DNA of 64,000 nucleotides from Escherichia phage EP75: sequence record MG748547; one strand, 5' to 3'. Shown piece by piece: positions 1 to 8,385 of this stretch (position 1 is its first letter; each line of letters starts with the position of its first letter). The notes under the pieces were generated by a model. It saw only the letters and a program-made list of their open reading frames with translations, ran no database searches and was not told where the DNA came from. The position numbers and the translations under genes were made by a program.

Positions 1-1
1 T

Positions 2-1111
2 CATAATGCGATCAAACACGCCGTCAACATCTATGGTGATGAGAAACGTAAAGATGAGATGAACACGATTCCAACTCTCCTACAAGAGGCGTTGGCGATA
101 AGTTTTGATTCTTATCTTGGCCATATCTATTGGGAAATGGCTGAACAACAATACGACCACATGAACTCTAATGAAGCGAAGATTCCTTTCGCTGTAGAGA
201 TATTCAACAAAGCGACTCGTGGTGGTGTTGGTAAGAAAACGCTGAACATCGTGACGGGTGCAATTAATGCGGGTAAGACAACAACTCTGATTGATTTGGC
301 TGCTGGTTACTCCGAGCAAGGGTTGAACGTATTCGTATTCACCCTAGAAGTGGCTGAGAACGTCTGGCGTCACCGCCTTGATGCCCGTATGATGCGCAGG
401 GACTTCGAGTCCTTAGAGAAGCTCTCACGACATGAATATGTCGCTACGATACAAAAGTTGCGAACTCGTCAAGACGGTTCCATGAAGGGTGATATTGTTA
501 TCAAGGAATATCCTTCAGGCGCTGGGCATACAGGACTGTATCGCCGCGATATTCTTGATTACGCGACATCAACGGGAATTACGCCGGACGTCATTATTAT
601 AGACTACTTGGGTGAATCAGCGTCTTCTCGTCTTCCTGCTCATTTAATGCAGAACACCAACGTGTATTATACTTCGGTGGCGCGTGAATTCCGTGCGCTT
701 GGATTTGAATTTGATTGCCCTGTATGGACGGGTATGCAATTTAACCGTGAAAAACAATCGGCGACTGATGGTGATATTAGCGACCTGGCAGATGCTATCG
801 GTATTCCGAAGGTTGCAGACTTCATCATGGCGTTCTATGCTCCTGATGAACTGGCGGCTGTTAAGAAAGCCAGAGCATCAATCTTGAAAAATCGTTATGC
901 CAACAAGCAGAAACTCAAATCATTCTTGTTTGGTATGGACCAAGATAAACAGATCTTGTTCGACTTGGACTGGAATGAAGTCAAACGAGACCTGACTGAT
1001 GAAGAAGCCCGTTATGTTGAGAATGTTCATATCAAACATGACTTAAACAAAACAGGCGACTCGAATGATGTCAAGAAAGCCGAGACCGTGAATAATTGGA
1101 ATTTCGGTTAA
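2..1111 (+). CDS. Replicative DNA helicase, DnaB/T4 gp41-like (5' end outside window)
   Basis: Frame of 59..1111 stays open back to nt 2. Walker A GAINAGKTT, Walker B-like VIIIDYLG, RecA-type C-terminal domain. Confidence 0.75.
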   Translation, partial: HNAIKHAVNIYGDEKRKDEMNTIPTLLQEALAISFDSYLGHIYWEMAEQQYDHMNSNEAKIPFAVEIFNKATRGGVGKKTLNIVTGAINAGKTTTLIDLAAGYSEQGLNVFVFTLEVAENVWRHRLDARMMRRDFESLEKLSRHEYVATIQKLRTRQDGSMKGDIVIKEYPSGAGHTGLYRRDILDYATSTGITPDVIIIDYLGESASSRLPAHLMQNTNVYYTSVAREFRALGFEFDCPVWTGMQFNREKQSATDGDISDLADAIGIPKVADFIMAFYAPDELAAVKKARASILKNRYANKQKLKSFLFGMDQDKQILFDLDWNEVKRDLTDEEARYVENVHIKHDLNKTGDSNDVKKAETVNNWNFG

Positions 1112-1150
1112 CTTCAATAATGGTGATCATAGGGTATAATCTCTATGATC
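1112..1150 (+). promoter_or_regulatory. Promoter cassette: CTTCAATAA box plus TATAAT in a hairpin loop
   Basis: Box 1112-1120, TATAAT 1135-1140. 8-bp stem GATCATAG (1125-1132) / CTATGATC (1143-1150). Confidence 0.6.
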
Positions 1151-1174
1151 TGAATATTAACCCAGGAGCACATC

Positions 1175-1507
1175 ATGTCGGATGTTGCATTTATAGCTGA
1201 CCTGATTCGGGCGGCACAACAGGTGTGCCAGTCTGGAGAAACCAGTCTCAAACTCACTACAGAGCAGACTCTAGAATTTTATAAGAATCGTCGGCATTGG
1301 GGTAAGAATGTCAAGATACATTGCGAACCAGGTGAATTGGTTCAGCTTGATCTTCCGTCTTTTCCATTGCCAGTACAGACCAACACTCAGGAATATTACA
1401 ATGTTGAAGGCGTTGATATTATTCCTAAGTTTGGTTTTCACAGTATCGTTTATTTCTTCCTGCGCCGTTTGGGAACTAGTATCGGTCCACTCGGTTCTCG
1501 TCATTAA
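1175..1507 (+). CDS. Hypothetical protein
   Basis: ATG preceded by CAGGAG, downstream of promoter cassette 1112-1150. No recognisable motif. Confidence 0.45.
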   Translation: MSDVAFIADLIRAAQQVCQSGETSLKLTTEQTLEFYKNRRHWGKNVKIHCEPGELVQLDLPSFPLPVQTNTQEYYNVEGVDIIPKFGFHSIVYFFLRRLGTSIGPLGSRH

Positions 1508-1519
1508 TGAGGATATATT

Positions 1520-1822
1520 ATGTCAGTTGAACAAATTGGTTTTTATCAACTCCCTTCTGATCCAAAACTGCGTCAAAAGATGATGCAGACTTTAGAAAAT
1601 TGTCGTGCCGCCCAGATCCGTATCAAGTCTGAACAGACCTTTGTTACCGAAGCCCTGGCTGAATTGGCAAAAGAAACAGGCATCAAAGCCGTTGATCTGC
1701 GCAAAGTCGTTACCGATCGCGCTGGTGGAACTTATACCAAGACCATCGAGACCAGCGCCAAATACCAAGATCTTTATGAGTCGCTGTATCCTAACGCCGC
1801 GCCTGATCGCACGGATGAATAA
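1520..1822 (+). CDS. Hypothetical protein
   Basis: ATG preceded by GAGGA. Followed by hairpin terminator 1831-1854. Confidence 0.5.
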   Translation: MSVEQIGFYQLPSDPKLRQKMMQTLENCRAAQIRIKSEQTFVTEALAELAKETGIKAVDLRKVVTDRAGGTYTKTIETSAKYQDLYESLYPNAAPDRTDE

Positions 1823-1830
1823 TATCGGTT

Positions 1831-1854
1831 AAAGCCCAACATTTGTTGGGCTTT
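1831..1854 (+). terminator. Intrinsic terminator-like hairpin
   Basis: AAAGCCCAAC-ATTT-GTTGGGCTTT, 10-bp stem. Confidence 0.6.
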
Positions 1855-1882
1855 ACTTCAATAAAACTTTACTTCAATAAAA
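1851..1882 (+). repeat. Tandem duplication of a 16-bp promoter-box unit
   Basis: CTTTACTTCAATAAAA occurs twice in perfect tandem (1851-1866, 1867-1882). Confidence 0.9.
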
Positions 1883-1896
1883 CTTGCGGCTATCAT
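1873..1896 (+). promoter_or_regulatory. Promoter candidate: TTCAATAA-N10-TATCAT
   Basis: Second copy of the duplicated box, then TATCAT 1891-1896. Upstream of gene 1940. Confidence 0.45.
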
Positions 1897-1939
1897 TTAA
1901 CCTACATTGAAAAGTTTCACTACATCATGAGAGGCAAAA

Positions 1940-3133
1940 ATGAAAGCCAAGACCTTCAGCATCCCAATTGATAACATTGGTCGTGTCAAGGAACGTCTTG
2001 CCAAACTTGAAAGAACGGCAAACCGCCTGAAACTCGAGTTCCCTCTTGTTGAGTTCAGTGAACCATACAAAACACAACACCGCTATTCTATCACTGGCGA
2101 AAAATTTTATCGTTGGTGGCAAGATTGTACTCTAACTGGTGAAGGCATCGACCGCCCCGTTTCTTATGGTGGGTGGAGTATCATTGGACAATTCAACCAC
2201 CAGTATCCAAAAGTCATTCTGAATAAACTGTCAGATGACATCCACCAAAATTTCGTTCAAAGATTTGAAGCTGAAAACGTATCTTGGTGCGAGCATTGCA
2301 ACAAATCTGTGCGTCGTCATAACACATATGTCGTTCGTAACGAACAATCTGGCGCACAGATGCTCGTGGGTAGCAGCTGTATGCATCATTATGTCCCGCA
2401 TCAGAAATCCCTTGATGCGGTTATGTCTTATTACATGTCTATTCACGAAATGTTTACCCCCGATGAAGATGACCCAGAAGGGATTTATCGGGTTAATGAA
2501 CCAGATTATGTTGACACAGAAGGATATTTGCGTAAATGCTTTCAGGTTTTGCTGTCCGGCCTGAGCATTAAAAGTGATGATTTTGGTCGAGTTCTTGGTC
2601 ATATCTCTAGCGGTACTCGTCCAGAGAAAGGTTCTGACATTGATATATTCTATAACAAGGCTGTTAAAGCCCGTGAAGATGCTCAATCAGAAATGTACCA
2701 TATGATGCTTTTCATCTCATCGTTGTCTGAAAATAACGATTTCAACGTCCGGCTGAAACGTATGTGCGAACCTGGTTATCACCTTGTTAAAGACTCAACA
2801 ACAGTTCGTTGGGGAGCAGCAAAGTATTATGATTATATCCACACCCCCCGCCAAACGCGCACTGTATCAAATTGGGTTGGTGAAGTTGGTGAAATGTTAG
2901 AAGCACAGGTCAAATTTGAAGCAAGGATTTTCCTGTATTCATCTGATTATGGTGACACGTATCTGTATACTTTCAAAACCAAGGAAGGCAATACCATTAC
3001 ATGGAAGACTTCCTATATGGAAACCGAATTCCTGGAAGGTGATATGATCATTCGTGGTCGCGTCAAAGAATTGACCGAATTCAAAGGTGTTAAACAAACT
3101 CAGATCACAAGGGCAAAACTGAGGAAATTATGA
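1940..3133 (+). CDS. Hypothetical protein with Cys/His cluster
   Basis: 397 aa, SD GAGAGG. CEHCN...SSCMHH cluster suggests metal binding. No family recognised. Confidence 0.55.
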   Translation: MKAKTFSIPIDNIGRVKERLAKLERTANRLKLEFPLVEFSEPYKTQHRYSITGEKFYRWWQDCTLTGEGIDRPVSYGGWSIIGQFNHQYPKVILNKLSDDIHQNFVQRFEAENVSWCEHCNKSVRRHNTYVVRNEQSGAQMLVGSSCMHHYVPHQKSLDAVMSYYMSIHEMFTPDEDDPEGIYRVNEPDYVDTEGYLRKCFQVLLSGLSIKSDDFGRVLGHISSGTRPEKGSDIDIFYNKAVKAREDAQSEMYHMMLFISSLSENNDFNVRLKRMCEPGYHLVKDSTTVRWGAAKYYDYIHTPRQTRTVSNWVGEVGEMLEAQVKFEARIFLYSSDYGDTYLYTFKTKEGNTITWKTSYMETEFLEGDMIIRGRVKELTEFKGVKQTQITRAKLRKL

Positions 3134-3246
3134 TTATTTTTCAATTTGTTTTGAAAGCATTTGCATTCGGTCTTATCGCATGCGGAGTGATCACAGCTAT
3201 GCTGTTAATCATAGCCCTGATCATCCCCTTTAAGAGGAAACGCTGA
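3130..3246 (+). CDS. Small hydrophobic peptide (38 aa), not in ORF track
   Basis: Own translation: MIIFQFVLKAFAFGLIACGVITAMLLIIALIIPFKRKR. ATGA overlap with upstream stop, TGATG overlap with downstream start, SD GAGGAAA. Confidence 0.4.
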   Translation: MIIFQFVLKAFAFGLIACGVITAMLLIIALIIPFKRKR

Positions 3247-3455
3247 TGGAATGTTCATGCGGAGGGCAAGGCACAAGTGCATACTTGCCATTTAACACCG
3301 TCAAGGAAGCCGAAGACGCTGGATATGCCGTGGACAAGGCTCCCTGTGTAATTGCCACCAAGGATTGTCCGTGCTGTAAGAGGCACTCTCAGAACGTTTG
3401 GTATGCCCCAGAAGCAAAGGGTAAAATTAATTTATTGAATATGATGAGGAAGTAA
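3246..3455 (+). CDS. Small Cys-rich protein
   Basis: 69 aa with CSCGG...CPCC. Translationally coupled to neighbours. Confidence 0.45.
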   Translation: MECSCGGQGTSAYLPFNTVKEAEDAGYAVDKAPCVIATKDCPCCKRHSQNVWYAPEAKGKINLLNMMRK

Positions 3456-3456
3456 T

Positions 3457-3795
3457 ATGACCACACTCGTAGAAACATTATTCCCAGGATGCACCCTTGG
3501 GCGCGGCGGTAGCGAAGCCAACGGGCTGGCAATTGACGCCGAACCCCAGAACTGCGTTGTTATCGACAAATTCCATGACAATCACTATCCTTTGAGCCAT
3601 CGCCGTGATCATTATCTGGTTTCTGTTGGCGAAACATTGGTCTCTCTTCGTATTTGTGAAGCAATGCCTGGTTATGGTTACGATGCATTTGCATATATCC
3701 ATAGCGTTTCCAATGGGGAAATGGGGAAAGAATCCCTGACCGAACAATTTAAAGGATGGAAAGAATCTTTCACTTCTGTCAAGGAAAGGAGTTAG
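3457..3795 (+). CDS. Hypothetical protein
   Basis: 112 aa, starts 1 nt after the previous stop. Confidence 0.45.
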   Translation: MTTLVETLFPGCTLGRGGSEANGLAIDAEPQNCVVIDKFHDNHYPLSHRRDHYLVSVGETLVSLRICEAMPGYGYDAFAYIHSVSNGEMGKESLTEQFKGWKESFTSVKERS

Positions 3796-3802
3796 AATAA
3801 TT

Positions 3803-3851
3803 CTATTGAAGTCTCTGGGGTTATAATAGCATGACGAATAACCCTGGAGAC
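3803..3851 (+). promoter_or_regulatory. Promoter in hairpin that sequesters the ligase SD
   Basis: Inverted box CTATTGAAG 3803-3811, N10, TATAAT 3822-3827. 14-bp stem 3811-3824/3838-3851 (2 G-T) pairs TCTCT with the SD GGAGA. Confidence 0.55.
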
Positions 3852-3853
3852 AC

Positions 3854-5281
3854 ATGATGCTTCCTCTTTTAGAAATAATTCAAAATCTTCGCGATACCAA
3901 AGGCACCAACGCCAAGAAAGCTGTGCTGACCGAGGCGTTCAGAACCAATCCGGAATTGGTTGATTTCCTTCAATACGTCTACGACCCGATGCGTTCTTAT
4001 TACCGCACTCAATTCAATATAAACGCATTCCCTCGCATGCTCTCGCGCGGCGTTGTTGGTAGCTGGGATCAGGTTTATGACGTTCTTGATATGATGGCCG
4101 AACGCAAGATCGGTGGGATGAAGGCAGATCAAGAACTTGCGAAGGCCGCGACCAACATCCATCCGGATTACCATACCCTGATACAAATTATACTCGACAG
4201 AGACATCAAAGCGGGAATTGCCGAGAAAGGTATAAACGCAGCATTCAACGCAGCAGGTGGTACAGGGCGTCTGATTAATATCCTTCCATATCACCGTTAT
4301 GATAACATGACGATTGACTTGCTGAAGAAGATGGACTTCAAGCGCGGCGTCTTCAGCCAGCTGAAGTCAGATGGCATGTTTGCCAACATCATCTGTCGTT
4401 ATGGAAGAGACCCAGAGATTCGTTCTCGTTCCGGTTCTCTTATTGCGGGTGGTTCCGTTGATAACCTATCATTGGTTTTCAAAGACCTGATCTACGATGC
4501 GGGGATTGGTGAAAGCGTCTTCCATGGTGAACTGCTCGTCATTGATCTGAAAACGAATACAGTGTTGCCTCGGGCTATCGGCAATGGTAAGCTCAACAGT
4601 GTTATCCAAACGGGTGAACCCCTGGAAGATCGTTACAAGGTGATCTATCGGGTATGGGACGTTGTGCCGTATGATAATTGGTTCAATGCTCAGCGTGTGG
4701 ACACCCCATATGAGCGCCGTTTTGATATCATACAACAGTTGTTCGAAGGGGATGACGGACTGGTTCAGGTTCAAGAAACCCGTGTTGTTCATTCATTTGA
4801 AGAAGCTGTCGAACACTTCAAAGACGCTTTGGCTCGTCGGGAAGAAGGCACGATTTGTAAGGCCGCAGATATGCCTTGGGAAGATGGAACATCATCTGAA
4901 GGGTTAAAGCTAAAAATGGAAGTAGAATGTGACCTTGAAATCGTTGGCTTCAACGAGGCCGATAAGAAAGGGAAGCACGCCAAGACATTTGGATCTCTCC
5001 TCTGCAAGACCTCTGATAGCCTCTTAGTTGTTGGCGTATCGGGGATCTCAGATGAGTTGAGACTACGAATGTGGGAAAACCAAGAGGACTTCATTGGTAA
5101 GATTGCCGCCGTGCTCTCTAATGGCGTACAGGATAAAACCGATGACGCCATGAAGTCTCTATTCCTTCCACGTCTCGTTGAAGTACGCACAGACAAGAAA
5201 GTCGCTAATACACTGGCTGAAGTCTATGCTATCCAGAAAGCATATATCGAAAATATTTTGGTGTTGTTGGAAGCGGCATGA
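3854..5281 (+). CDS. ATP-dependent DNA ligase (T4 gp30-like)
   Basis: 475 aa. Adenylation motif I KxDG in QLKSDGMFA. SD GGAGA at 3846-3850. Terminator follows. Confidence 0.8.
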   Translation: MMLPLLEIIQNLRDTKGTNAKKAVLTEAFRTNPELVDFLQYVYDPMRSYYRTQFNINAFPRMLSRGVVGSWDQVYDVLDMMAERKIGGMKADQELAKAATNIHPDYHTLIQIILDRDIKAGIAEKGINAAFNAAGGTGRLINILPYHRYDNMTIDLLKKMDFKRGVFSQLKSDGMFANIICRYGRDPEIRSRSGSLIAGGSVDNLSLVFKDLIYDAGIGESVFHGELLVIDLKTNTVLPRAIGNGKLNSVIQTGEPLEDRYKVIYRVWDVVPYDNWFNAQRVDTPYERRFDIIQQLFEGDDGLVQVQETRVVHSFEEAVEHFKDALARREEGTICKAADMPWEDGTSSEGLKLKMEVECDLEIVGFNEADKKGKHAKTFGSLLCKTSDSLLVVGVSGISDELRLRMWENQEDFIGKIAAVLSNGVQDKTDDAMKSLFLPRLVEVRTDKKVANTLAEVYAIQKAYIENILVLLEAA

Positions 5282-5286
5282 AAATT

Positions 5287-5304
5287 GGGGTTCTTCGGAA
5301 CCCC
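5287..5304 (+). terminator. Hairpin after the ligase gene
   Basis: GGGGTTC-TTCG-GAACCCC. Weak T-run. Confidence 0.5.
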
Positions 5305-5331
5305 ATTCAATAAAGACAGTAGCAGTATAAT
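5305..5331 (+). promoter_or_regulatory. Promoter: ATTCAATAA-N12-TATAAT
   Basis: Box 5305-5313, TATAAT 5326-5331, immediately after terminator 5287-5304. Confidence 0.6.
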
Positions 5332-5358
5332 TCCAAGAAATCATTACCAGGTGTTATT

Positions 5359-5622
5359 ATGAAACTTATTGATAAGAAACCAAGGAAAGACAATGATTCT
5401 CTTCACCTCATAAACATTATGAGGGAATTGGGAGTTTCTGAATTACAGATGATGAAGATGATGAATTGTTCTGACGTTGTCTATAATTGGACAAACGGTT
5501 ATCGTCTTATCCCAAAATCATTCCGTCGTTTTATTTTGGCATTGGTGTTTATTCATCGCCAAGGAAAAACAGAAGAGTTTCAACGTTTCGTTAAATCAGA
5601 GGAGAGATCACGTGGTTGGTAA
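5359..5622 (+). CDS. Hypothetical protein
   Basis: 87 aa, downstream of promoter 5305-5331. Confidence 0.45.
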   Translation: MKLIDKKPRKDNDSLHLINIMRELGVSELQMMKMMNCSDVVYNWTNGYRLIPKSFRRFILALVFIHRQGKTEEFQRFVKSEERSRGW

Positions 5623-5782
5623 AAATCCGCCGACATATGCCAAAATCGGGATCGCTTTCCGGAACGCCATGCTTTTCATTAAAGAGAAAGGCTTGGTGGC
5701 GGAGTTCAATCAGTTCTGTTCCGAACGCCGCAGATTACAGAAACAGAAACAGAAAAGCAGGGAGAAACGCCATGATAACTGA
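5612..5782 (+). CDS. Possible small basic protein (GTG start)
   Basis: GGAGAG lies 5 nt before GTG 5612. Fills an otherwise 150-nt gap. C-terminus RRRLQKQKQKSREKRHDN. Stop overlaps the next start. Confidence 0.25.
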   Translation: MVGKNPPTYAKIGIAFRNAMLFIKEKGLVAEFNQFCSERRRLQKQKQKSREKRHDN

Positions 5783-6434
5783 GTGGGAGAAAATGCAATA
5801 TGAAAGGGCATTCAACGTTTATTGCATCTATATGGCGATCAAATTGCATTTCACCACAAAAGACTTTGATTATGGCCTGTATGGGCCGATGAACAATTAC
5901 AAGTTTGAAACGTTCTATTCTAAACAGGGCGTGGCCAAACAATTTGCTAAACTTGCTCGTCGGTTCGAATCTTCCCAAGGTGAAGTGGTGGAAAATTATA
6001 TTATTGCCAACTTTGTTAAATCACCAAAGACGTGGGTGACAACATTACTTACAAGACAGGCCCAAGAAAATTATAATGAATATCGCCGCCTGTATGACAA
6101 CTTCTCATATAATTTTCTTGAACATTTTGAGAGATATATGATCCCTGAGATAAAAGAAAGAGGCGTGAATTTTATCCAATATATCAAAGGAAATGGTAAT
6201 GGGCATCCACCTTTACTGACAGATATTATTGTTAAACGCTATCCAATTTGGTTTCTCGTTGGATTGAATAAAGTAGTGGGGTTCATCCATTTATATGATA
6301 CAATACTCAAGGATGACATCTATTGGAACTCTGAGTCTTTTTTATTAAAGAAAACCAATTCAGTTGTTCCTGATGAAAACACAGAATACACAAAAGGAAA
6401 ACTCCGTGAGCTAATCCTTGCCCACGGAATTTGA
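5772..6434 (+). CDS. Helicase-loading protein, T4 gp59-like (tentative)
   Basis: Track start 5616 is TTG; first ATG is 5772. N-terminus YCIYMAIKLHFTTKDFDY..FYSKQGVAKQF resembles T4 gp59 from memory. Replication-gene context. Confidence 0.4.
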   Translation: MITEWEKMQYERAFNVYCIYMAIKLHFTTKDFDYGLYGPMNNYKFETFYSKQGVAKQFAKLARRFESSQGEVVENYIIANFVKSPKTWVTTLLTRQAQENYNEYRRLYDNFSYNFLEHFERYMIPEIKERGVNFIQYIKGNGNGHPPLLTDIIVKRYPIWFLVGLNKVVGFIHLYDTILKDDIYWNSESFLLKKTNSVVPDENTEYTKGKLRELILAHGI

Positions 6435-8375
6435 TTACCAATCCCAGAGAATGCGCCCTGTATCAGTACGGTTGGACGGCTCCAGTTGTGAACTGTTGAA
6501 GTTGTTCGTCGTACTGACTTTCTTCGAGTTGTCCACATTTTGTTGTACAGGCATTACCACACTGGCTGGCGGGTTAGCATAGGCGGATTTAACTTCTTCG
6601 ATGTTATTGGCTGCTCTTCCTTGAACCGGATAAGCCCCGCCCAGAGTACCTCCCCCGATCCCAGCATATGCATCTTTCAATTGAGAAGTGCGATCTGTTA
6701 CGTTCACAGCATCCGAAGAAACCCCAGAAGGCATTGGAGTCAGCGTGCTGATATCTGCATTAGGTTGTGCTGGCGATTGACTGTTCGGTGGTACAGAGGC
6801 ATTCTCAGGAGCCTTATCGTCTTGGCTTATCAGCATAGACTGTCTTGCTTCCACCATCTTATTCCTGGCTGCTTCACCACCCAACGCATCGGGGATAATG
6901 CTGACAAACTTATCTACGATATCAAACATCGCATTGGTGATAGCATTCAACATGTTGAAGAAAGGTTTCTTCACATTTTCAGCAAATCCTTTCTTCATGT
7001 CTTCAACGACTTTGTTTGCAGCCGCCATGCCGTCATCTATCAGGCCAGTTATTCCACCCGTTACCCAATCAACCAATTTTATCAATTGGCCTTGCAAGTT
7101 ATCTGCAAGTTTACCAGGTATTTCGGTCAGTGATGTACTCTTCCCGATACCCGCAAACAAATCGTTGGTGACCCAATCAACAATCGAGTTCAACCAACGC
7201 ACGGGCGCTTCGGTCATTTTCAGCACTTGTTCACGGAACGCCTTTCCAAACCCAGCATTGTTCCATCCGAATATTTCAGCAACCCAATCGGCGAGATCCC
7301 CGAAACTACCGACCAGCTCTGTTATCCCTGCCTGAACCCGATCAACGATCGATACTTGCGCTTTACCAAGGATTTCTTTAGCATTAAAGAACCCTTTACC
7401 GAATTCAAATACAGATGTTATCAGAGCCAAAGGTCCGACTCGAAGCATCTTGGTTGCTGCTTTCAGAGGCGCAAGCAACCCGCCGATCCCAGCACCAAAC
7501 CCCATGAATAATTTAATGAAGCCACCAACAAGTTTTAATGGGGACATCAGGAGTTTTAACGCGCCCAGTCCAAGGAGTGCCCCCAGCGCCGCGCCTAACC
7601 CAGAAGATTGACCATCTTGTTTAGGCTCAGACGGAGGGATAGAACCAGCCTCTGGGTTGTTCTTGTTTTCCTTACCTTCTTCGCCACGACGGAATTTCTC
7701 TTCTTCTCTATATTTTTGATCACTTTCATAGATACGTGTCAGAGTATCATTAAGATCTTCGTTCATGTATCCCAATTTGTCATCAATGCTGTCGAGGCGG
7801 GTAACAGTTTCGTTACTGGCATCTTTATTGAAATCCAGCGTGTCCTTATGTGTTTGAAGCATTATGTCAGTCAGGTTTACGATCTCCCCTCCGACCAACG
7901 CCAGCTTATCCTTTAATCCATCAAGGCGTTCAAGACTATCTTCGTTGGCCGCACCCAATTGATCTGATATCATGTCAAGATATTCAACTGACATGTCGTC
8001 AACCGGACCATTCGCCGCTTCACCAAATTTTTCGATCTTGGTGGCGATACGCATCAGTTCTTCATTGCCATCCTTTGTTAGACTGACGGTGTCTTTCATC
8101 CAAGTGCTGTAATCCCTTGTGAAAATAGGACTGACGCGGACAAACCCACCAACAATATCATTCACCGATGGGAATTTAATTGGCGGGACTTTCTGCTCCT
8201 GATTAGACGCCTGGCGTGTCTTCAGAGATTGCAGTTGTTTGTTGACATCGGCGAGCTGTTTATTCGTCTCGGATTGGGCGCGCAATTGCTTGCGCTCCAT
8301 CATTTCTTTTTTGATTTTATCCAAAACCTTGACGATGTCTTGCTGCCCTGGTGTCGGTTGATTGTTATCTGCCAT
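6435..8375 (-). CDS. Tail tape-measure / baseplate hub-type structural protein
   Basis: 646 aa. N-terminal coiled-coil-like region, central Gly-rich hydrophobic stretch GLGAALGALLGLGALKLL..GFGAGIGGLL, in a tail-gene block. Confidence 0.45.
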   Translation of the reverse strand: MADNNQPTPGQQDIVKVLDKIKKEMMERKQLRAQSETNKQLADVNKQLQSLKTRQASNQEQKVPPIKFPSVNDIVGGFVRVSPIFTRDYSTWMKDTVSLTKDGNEELMRIATKIEKFGEAANGPVDDMSVEYLDMISDQLGAANEDSLERLDGLKDKLALVGGEIVNLTDIMLQTHKDTLDFNKDASNETVTRLDSIDDKLGYMNEDLNDTLTRIYESDQKYREEEKFRRGEEGKENKNNPEAGSIPPSEPKQDGQSSGLGAALGALLGLGALKLLMSPLKLVGGFIKLFMGFGAGIGGLLAPLKAATKMLRVGPLALITSVFEFGKGFFNAKEILGKAQVSIVDRVQAGITELVGSFGDLADWVAEIFGWNNAGFGKAFREQVLKMTEAPVRWLNSIVDWVTNDLFAGIGKSTSLTEIPGKLADNLQGQLIKLVDWVTGGITGLIDDGMAAANKVVEDMKKGFAENVKKPFFNMLNAITNAMFDIVDKFVSIIPDALGGEAARNKMVEARQSMLISQDDKAPENASVPPNSQSPAQPNADISTLTPMPSGVSSDAVNVTDRTSQLKDAYAGIGGGTLGGAYPVQGRAANNIEEVKSAYANPPASVVMPVQQNVDNSKKVSTTNNFNSSQLEPSNRTDTGRILWDW

Positions 8376-8385
8376 TTGTCACCTC

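Noticed and set aside
6540-7335. Long antisense ORFs inside big genes (6540-7133, 6898-7335, 40229-40696, 44355-45041, 38751-39077 and others).
   Set aside because: They are entirely nested in well-supported genes on the opposite strand or in another frame and have shadow-frame composition. There are no independent signals.
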